DNA from: an uncultured delta proteobacterium
GTDB lineage: Bacteria > Bdellovibrionota > FAC87 > UBA2466
DNA length: 64,000 nucleotides
NCBI GenBank assembly: GCA_963778115.1
Contig: CAVZSV010000004.1
Span: 1,568,001-1,632,000, forward strand
Direction: 5' to 3'
The notes under the pieces are model-generated. The model had not been told where the DNA came from. It did not search any database and was given only the letters and a program-made list of their open reading frames with translations. The translations under genes and the position numbers were made by a program. Shown here in pieces: positions 58,604 to 64,000 of this stretch (position 1 is its first letter; every line of letters begins with the position of its first letter).

Positions 58604-59245
58604 ATGGCGGCGAAACGCTTCATCGTTATCGCAGGGAACATCGGTTCCGGAAAAACGACACTGACACAACTACTCGCAGAACACTTCTCGTGGCAACCTC
58701 ATTTCGAGGTGGTTCAGGAGAATCCCTATCTTGCCGATTTCTACACTGACATGCGGCGGTGGTCACTCCAGCTTCAGGTCTTTTTTCTTTCCAAGCGGTT
58801 CCAAGCACACCAAGAGATCATAAAATCGCGAAGCTCGGCGATCCAAGACCGTTCGATCTATGAAGACGCCCATATTTTTGCACGCGCATTGCATGAGTCA
58901 GGCAAAATGGAAGATAGAGACTATCAAAACTATCTCGAGCTTTACCAAACCATGATGTCCTTTCTGCAACCTCCCGACCTCGTGGTCTACGTCCGTCGAT
59001 CCGTAGATTGTCTGAAGAGTCGCATTGCGGAACGCGGTAGAGAATATGAAAAGGACATTCCCGACGAATATCTGCATCAGTTAAATCGCTGTTATGACGA
59101 CTGGATCGAAGGTTATCGTCTTGGCAAGGTGCTGACCGTACAAGCTGACTCCCTAGATCTGAAATGGGTGCGATCGGATTTCGATTACGTCTGCCGAAGT
59201 ATAGAAAACTCTCTCGAACAGCCTGAACTGTTTTTTACCTGTTAA
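58604..59245 (+). CDS. Deoxynucleoside kinase
   Basis: AGNIGSGKTT, NPYLADFY, QDRSIYED, RIAERGREYE; start ATG 58604. Confidence 0.93.
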   Translation: MAAKRFIVIAGNIGSGKTTLTQLLAEHFSWQPHFEVVQENPYLADFYTDMRRWSLQLQVFFLSKRFQAHQEIIKSRSSAIQDRSIYEDAHIFARALHESGKMEDRDYQNYLELYQTMMSFLQPPDLVVYVRRSVDCLKSRIAERGREYEKDIPDEYLHQLNRCYDDWIEGYRLGKVLTVQADSLDLKWVRSDFDYVCRSIENSLEQPELFFTC

Positions 59246-59308
59246 AAAGGGCTGTCATTGGGAGGTGAAGCCGAAGCAACCGGTAAGAGTAAATGGTACT
59301 TTTTCTAA

Positions 59309-60445
59309 TTATCTAAAATCCGGATCTTCAAGCGAAGGTCTGTCGCTCGGAATCTCTTTGCGAGTGATGATATCGGCGAGTTGAAAATGTTCGGGCAGGC
59401 CTATGAAATTTCCGACTTCGGTGACATCCACTGGCTTTTTGGTGTCGCAATACATCTTTTTGACTCCAAGAATTCTTCCCACTGCCTGCTCTAAAGTGGA
59501 CATCGAGATTTTGTTCGATTCAACGGCTTTGACGACGGCTTCAAAAGCCACCATGGGTAGACCGGCATCGGCTTTATAGATAAGCATATCGCAACCGGCG
59601 TTCACCGCTAAAACGGCCGCATCTTCCACGGAGTAGTGATCCGCAATGGCTTTCATCTCCATGTCGTCACTGATGATGATTTTAGAAAACCTAAGATCGT
59701 TGCGTAGGATGTCGATCGTTTTTTTGGAAAGTGTCGAAGGCAATTCGGGATCCACGGCCGGGTTCATGATGTGCGCTGTCATGATGGCTTCCACACGACT
59801 TCGGATGACCCTTCGAAACGGAATAAGCTCCAGCTCTTCTAACTGGGCAACGGTTTTATTTACCTTTGGCAGTGCGAAGTGGGAATCCTCTTTGGTGTCT
59901 CCATGGCCAGGAAAGTGTTTTGCCACGGCGACGACACCCATCTTTTGGATTCCCCTGCAAACAGCCGACCCTAGCTTGCCGCAAATTTCGGGATCGGAAG
60001 AGAAAGCACGCCCCTTGATGATGGGGCTATCTCGATTGGAATTGACGTCGACTACGGGAGCGTAATTGACGTTGATGCCGACCGCTTTCAATTCTTTCGC
60101 CAGGACCATTCCAAATTCAAAGCCGATCTTGGGTGAATTCAGATCACCTAAATAATCATTTCCTGGAAACTTCGTAAAAGGCTTCACCAAACGGTTTATT
60201 TTGCCGCCTTCGTGATCGATCGAAATGAATAAGCCGGGGGCGTCTTTACCTCGGCAGCTAAACTGAAGCTCGTTACTTAACTCGGCGAGCTGTGCCGGCG
60301 ACTGCACGTTTCTTTTGAAGTAGATCACCCCACCCAAATGGCAGTCTTGGATGAACTTCTTCAGATCGGCGGGCACGGAATAACCGTTGAACCCGACGAT
60401 AAAGAGCTGGCCTACCAGCGATTGAATATTTTTCTTGGAAGCCAT
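59309..60445 (-). CDS. nagZ: Beta-N-acetylhexosaminidase (GH3)
   Basis: IDHEGG, KHFPGHGDTKEDSH, MTAH, ISDDMEM. Confidence 0.94.
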   Translation of the reverse strand: MASKKNIQSLVGQLFIVGFNGYSVPADLKKFIQDCHLGGVIYFKRNVQSPAQLAELSNELQFSCRGKDAPGLFISIDHEGGKINRLVKPFTKFPGNDYLGDLNSPKIGFEFGMVLAKELKAVGINVNYAPVVDVNSNRDSPIIKGRAFSSDPEICGKLGSAVCRGIQKMGVVAVAKHFPGHGDTKEDSHFALPKVNKTVAQLEELELIPFRRVIRSRVEAIMTAHIMNPAVDPELPSTLSKKTIDILRNDLRFSKIIISDDMEMKAIADHYSVEDAAVLAVNAGCDMLIYKADAGLPMVAFEAVVKAVESNKISMSTLEQAVGRILGVKKMYCDTKKPVDVTEVGNFIGLPEHFQLADIITRKEIPSDRPSLEDPDFR

Positions 60446-60461
60446 TATAGAGGTACCTGAT

Positions 60462-60561
60462 TAGTGTCCTGAGTCGTATATTTCTCTATAGTTGTATGAG
60501 GGGATTCGCCTGGGATGAAACACTCAGAAAACTATATAGAAATATGCGACTCAGGACACTA
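60462..60561. mobile_element. 100-bp MITE-like element, 32-bp terminal inverted repeats, TA ends
   Basis: TAGTGTCCTGAGTCGTATATTTCTCTATAGTT (60462-60493) matches the reverse complement of 60530-60561 at 30/32. Confidence 0.65.
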
Positions 60562-60614
60562 CCCCAAGTATATGAGTTAGTTCCAGGGCTGGCAAGCCGC
60601 GCCATTTATAACGC

Positions 60615-62447
60615 TTACTCGTCCTCTTCTTTGACCGTTCGAATAATGGACCGCTTATTTTGATCCAAAACGCGTTTTCTCAGGCGCAGGAAGTTAGGGG
60701 TCACTTCGACCACTTCGTCGTCGGCAATCCAGGCGATGCAATATTCGAGCGTAAGCGGAGTGACGGGAGTCAGAATGACGTTTTCGTCACTACCAGCAGC
60801 CCGAATATTGGTCAGCTTCTTTTCGCGAGTCGCATTGACGTTAATATCGTTAATCTTATTATGGACGCCGACAATCATTCCCTCGTAGACATCAACGCCT
60901 TCTTTCACACACAGCCGGCCTCGAGGCTCGAGGTTAAACAGGGCATAAGGAGTCGTCTTTCCGGTACGATCGGCCACCATGGCACCATTCACGCGATCGA
61001 TGATGTGACCTTGCCAGGGGATAAATCCTGCGAAATAGGAGCTTAGTAATCCCAAGCCGCGAGTATCATTCAAAAACTCAGAGCGGTATCCGATGAGTCC
61101 GCGCGAAGGGATATCAAATTCGAGTCGCACGCGATCGGTTCCCTTTTTCACGAGATTCGTCATGATGCCTTTTCGAGTCCCCAATCTTTCCGTGATCGAA
61201 CCGACGCAGGTTTCGGGCACGTCGAGGACGACATGTTCTTGGGGCTCTTCCATCTGACCATTCACTTCACGTGTAATGACCTTCGGGCGACCCAACATGA
61301 ACTCATAACCTTCGCGGCGCATCTGTTCGGCAAGAATCGCAAATTGCAATTCGCCTCGCCCCTTAATCATCACCGTATCGGCGGATTCGGTCTTGGTCGC
61401 TTGAAGAGAAACGTTGGTGCGAAGTTCACGCTCAATACGTTCCCACAAAACACGGGAAGTAAGGCGGTTTCCGTCACGACCCGCGAAGGGACCCGTATTT
61501 ACGATGAGCTGGATGGAAATCGTGGGTGCTTCCACCGTAATACGAGGTAAGGGCCTTGGTTCAAACGGATCGCAGATCGAGTCTCCGATCTTTAATTCTT
61601 CAATGCCCGCGACAATGGCGATATCTCCGGCTTCCGCCTCTTCTATGCGCTTGGGCTCCATGCCATCATAGGAAAACAGGGCCGTGATGGTCGTCTGAGG
61701 AGTCAAACCCGCTTCTTGAGACAAGATGACTTTGTCGCCTACTCTAATCTTTCCCGAATTGATCTTACCGACGGCCAAACGTCCCAAATAGTCGCTGTAA
61801 TTGGTATTGGAGATAAGCATCTGCAGTCCGCCGGTTTCAACGTGCGGACCGGGAATGTGTTGAATAATCTGGTCAAAAAGAAGGGTAAGATCTTTGCCGT
61901 CCTGAGACTCCTCGGGATTGGAAACCGCGACGCGTTTTCTGGCATTGGTATAGACAATGGGAAAATCGATCTGATGGTCTTTGGCATCCAGATCGATAAA
62001 GAGCTCATAAATCTCTTCTAAAACTTCGGCACAGCGGGCATCCGATCGGTCGATCTTGTTAATGACAACAATGATCTTCTTATCCATCTCCATGGCATGC
62101 CGGAGCACGAAACGGGTCTGAGGGAGCGGCCCTTCGGCGGCGTCCACCAAGAGTAAGCAGCCGTCGACCATCTGAAGGCCTCGTTCGACTTCTCCTCCAA
62201 AATCGGCATGGCCTGGGGTATCCACGATATTAATCCGGGTTCCCTTGTAGTGAATGGCGGCATTCTTAGCGGTCAGAGTGATACCTCGCTCTCGCTCGAG
62301 ATCTAGGCTGTCCATCGCTCGTTCCGCGATATGTTGATTTTGTCTGAAAAGGCCGCTTTGCCAAAGCAGACCGTCCACCAGGGTGGTCTTCCCATGATCG
62401 ACATGGGCGATAATTGCGATATTACGAATCTTAGAGTTAACAGCCAT
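60615..62447 (-). CDS. typA: Translational GTPase TypA/BipA
   Basis: AHVDHGKTT, ERGIT, DTPGHADF, NKID, GRGELQ, KKLTNIRA. Confidence 0.98.
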   Translation of the reverse strand: MAVNSKIRNIAIIAHVDHGKTTLVDGLLWQSGLFRQNQHIAERAMDSLDLERERGITLTAKNAAIHYKGTRINIVDTPGHADFGGEVERGLQMVDGCLLLVDAAEGPLPQTRFVLRHAMEMDKKIIVVINKIDRSDARCAEVLEEIYELFIDLDAKDHQIDFPIVYTNARKRVAVSNPEESQDGKDLTLLFDQIIQHIPGPHVETGGLQMLISNTNYSDYLGRLAVGKINSGKIRVGDKVILSQEAGLTPQTTITALFSYDGMEPKRIEEAEAGDIAIVAGIEELKIGDSICDPFEPRPLPRITVEAPTISIQLIVNTGPFAGRDGNRLTSRVLWERIERELRTNVSLQATKTESADTVMIKGRGELQFAILAEQMRREGYEFMLGRPKVITREVNGQMEEPQEHVVLDVPETCVGSITERLGTRKGIMTNLVKKGTDRVRLEFDIPSRGLIGYRSEFLNDTRGLGLLSSYFAGFIPWQGHIIDRVNGAMVADRTGKTTPYALFNLEPRGRLCVKEGVDVYEGMIVGVHNKINDINVNATREKKLTNIRAAGSDENVILTPVTPLTLEYCIAWIADDEVVEVTPNFLRLRKRVLDQNKRSIIRTVKEEDE

Positions 62448-62582
62448 TTAAAATTACACCTTTGAGCTGACCTTTAAGGAACTCCCAAAAAGGGACCGTT
62501 ATAACACAGGGAATCCCGCTTTTACGAGATTCTTCGGCGAACCCGGCAAGATATGATATACCCCCTTGCCTGAAGCTAGCTT

Positions 62583-63290
62583 ATGAAACAAGAAAAGAAA
62601 CGAGATAGCCCCCGGCATCTTCCCGAAAGCGCCTGTTCCGAGTGTTGGAAACCGCAAGAGCTCTGCATTTGCGAGACCATCAGGGCATGCGCGACTCGCC
62701 ATCGGGTGCTGCTACTCCAACATCCGCGTGAGACCCGTAGCCCTTTAGGCACGGCCTCTCTTGCTTCGCTTTACCTTAATAACTCGGTCCATCGGATTGG
62801 CCTCAGCTGGCGCTCACTCAGTAGTGCCCTCGGAGAACAGACTCACCCCCAACATTGGGCGGTATTGTACTTGGGAACGAAAAAAAAATCTCAAAACAAA
62901 GGTTCCCAACCGATAAATAACAATGCCGAGCCGGCTCCGGTGTTTCAGGTCGTTTCCGCCAAAGGAAAGCCGGTCGATCCTAGAGAGGTTCGGGGCGTGA
63001 TTATTTTAGATGGCAACTGGGAACAGTCCAAGACACTGTGGTGGAGAAACCCTTGGCTGCTCAGGCTAAATCGGATTCAGCTTCGACCGGAACAACTCTC
63101 TCTCTATGGGAAGTTGAGGCGCCAGCCTCGGAAAAATTGTTTATCTTCATTGGAAGCCGTGGCGACCACCTTGGAAAACTTAGGTGAAGATAAGAACGTG
63201 ACGAGCGGTCTAAGGGATCTAATGTCTCAATTGCTATCCCGAGCCGACGCGCTCTCTTCGGCTAACCGGCATCCAGCACCTGCATCGTAA
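62583..63290 (+). CDS. DTW-domain tRNA-uridine aminocarboxypropyltransferase-like protein
   Basis: CSECWKPQELCIC, LLQHPRE, ILDGNW (DxTW variant), LSSLEA. Confidence 0.85.
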   Translation: MKQEKKRDSPRHLPESACSECWKPQELCICETIRACATRHRVLLLQHPRETRSPLGTASLASLYLNNSVHRIGLSWRSLSSALGEQTHPQHWAVLYLGTKKKSQNKGSQPINNNAEPAPVFQVVSAKGKPVDPREVRGVIILDGNWEQSKTLWWRNPWLLRLNRIQLRPEQLSLYGKLRRQPRKNCLSSLEAVATTLENLGEDKNVTSGLRDLMSQLLSRADALSSANRHPAPAS

Positions 63291-64000
63291 GAGCGATCAC
63301 CTGTTCCACCGCCGCTTCCATCTTTCCCGTTATTTTGGCGCCAGCGGCATAGAGATGGCCTCCGCCCCCTAACTTCTTGGCGATGTCGATGACCTTCACT
63401 CCGCGGTTCCCTCGAAAACTAAGCTTTATCTCCCCACTGTCTTCCTCGCGGAGCAAAATGCCCACTTCTACCTTTTCCATCAGGGTCAGCTGATTCACGA
63501 ACGATTCCGTGTCTTCTACGGTGGCTCCATAACGCCCGCGAAGCACTTTAGGAATCACAAGCCAAGCAATTCGCCCGTCCTCTGTGGTCTTGATCGCTTC
63601 TAAAATATTTCCCAGCAACCGCATCTTTGCGACGGAATCGCACGCATAAACCGATTCATAAACCTCGTCGGGCCTCACCCCTTTTTCTAGAAGTTCGGCC
63701 GCCATTCGATGAGACTCCGCATTAGTACGGCGGTAGCGAAAGCTTCCCGTATCGGTCATCAGGGCAACATACAGTGGAACGGCCATGGAAAGGTCTAACG
63801 TGGCGTTGAAAGTCTTAAGCAATCGGTACACCAGCTCCCCTGTCGAGCCACAGGTTTGATCAATAAAAAAGTGAGCCCCTTCAGTGTCGCTAGGAATGTG
63901 GTGGTCGAAGAAAACCACTTTGGCTTTGGAGGAACGAATGGGCTTTTCCAACGGCCCCAGCATTTTCCATTCGCTCGTATCCAAGACAAAGATAACGTCA
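63262..64000 (-). CDS. nrnA: DHH/DHHA1 phosphoesterase (NrnA-like oligoribonuclease/PAP phosphatase); start outside the window
   Basis: FVLDT, FDHH, TDTGSF, KLSFR, GGGGH..AAG. Confidence 0.9.
   Translation of the reverse strand, partial: DVIFVLDTSEWKMLGPLEKPIRSSKAKVVFFDHHIPSDTEGAHFFIDQTCGSTGELVYRLLKTFNATLDLSMAVPLYVALMTDTGSFRYRRTNAESHRMAAELLEKGVRPDEVYESVYACDSVAKMRLLGNILEAIKTTEDGRIAWLVIPKVLRGRYGATVEDTESFVNQLTLMEKVEVGILLREEDSGEIKLSFRGNRGVKVIDIAKKLGGGGHLYAAGAKITGKMEAAVEQVIALTMQVLDAG

Noticed and set aside
1..64000. CRISPR arrays, tRNA and rRNA genes
   Set aside because: No regularly spaced repeats or tRNA/rRNA signatures seen in any intergenic region by eye.

Overview
A gene-dense bacterial chromosome segment, mostly housekeeping. 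Gene content and order (xerC-hslVU, mfd-gpsA, LppC-like lipoprotein-dksA-lon, DUF4388 protein, many secreted orphans) suggest Bdellovibrionota/Myxococcota-like former Deltaproteobacteria; this is inference only. The standout is a ~14.8 kb, 14-gene run (14106-28900) encoding two complete, divergent complex I membrane arms in tandem (nuoA-H-J-K-L-M-N twice), with no nuoB/C/D/I/E/F/G and no room for them at the usual junctions. The first NuoL has a 27-aa internal duplication lengthening its lateral amphipathic helix. This is the hallmark of extra-antiporter ('2M') complexes, yet its own set has only one nuoM. Other notable items: a tandem two-domain ThyX missed by the ORF track, a secreted fungal-type GH15 glucoamylase, single-base frameshifts in both mfd and mutS, an inverted pair of perfect DnaA boxes, grpE-dnaJ without dnaK, a seven-repeat Cys-paired lipoprotein, a leucine dehydrogenase-kdd pair, a REP-like inverted repeat and a 100-bp MITE-like element. 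No rRNA, tRNA or CRISPR array was recognised. All calls come from manual motif reading; no database searches were run.
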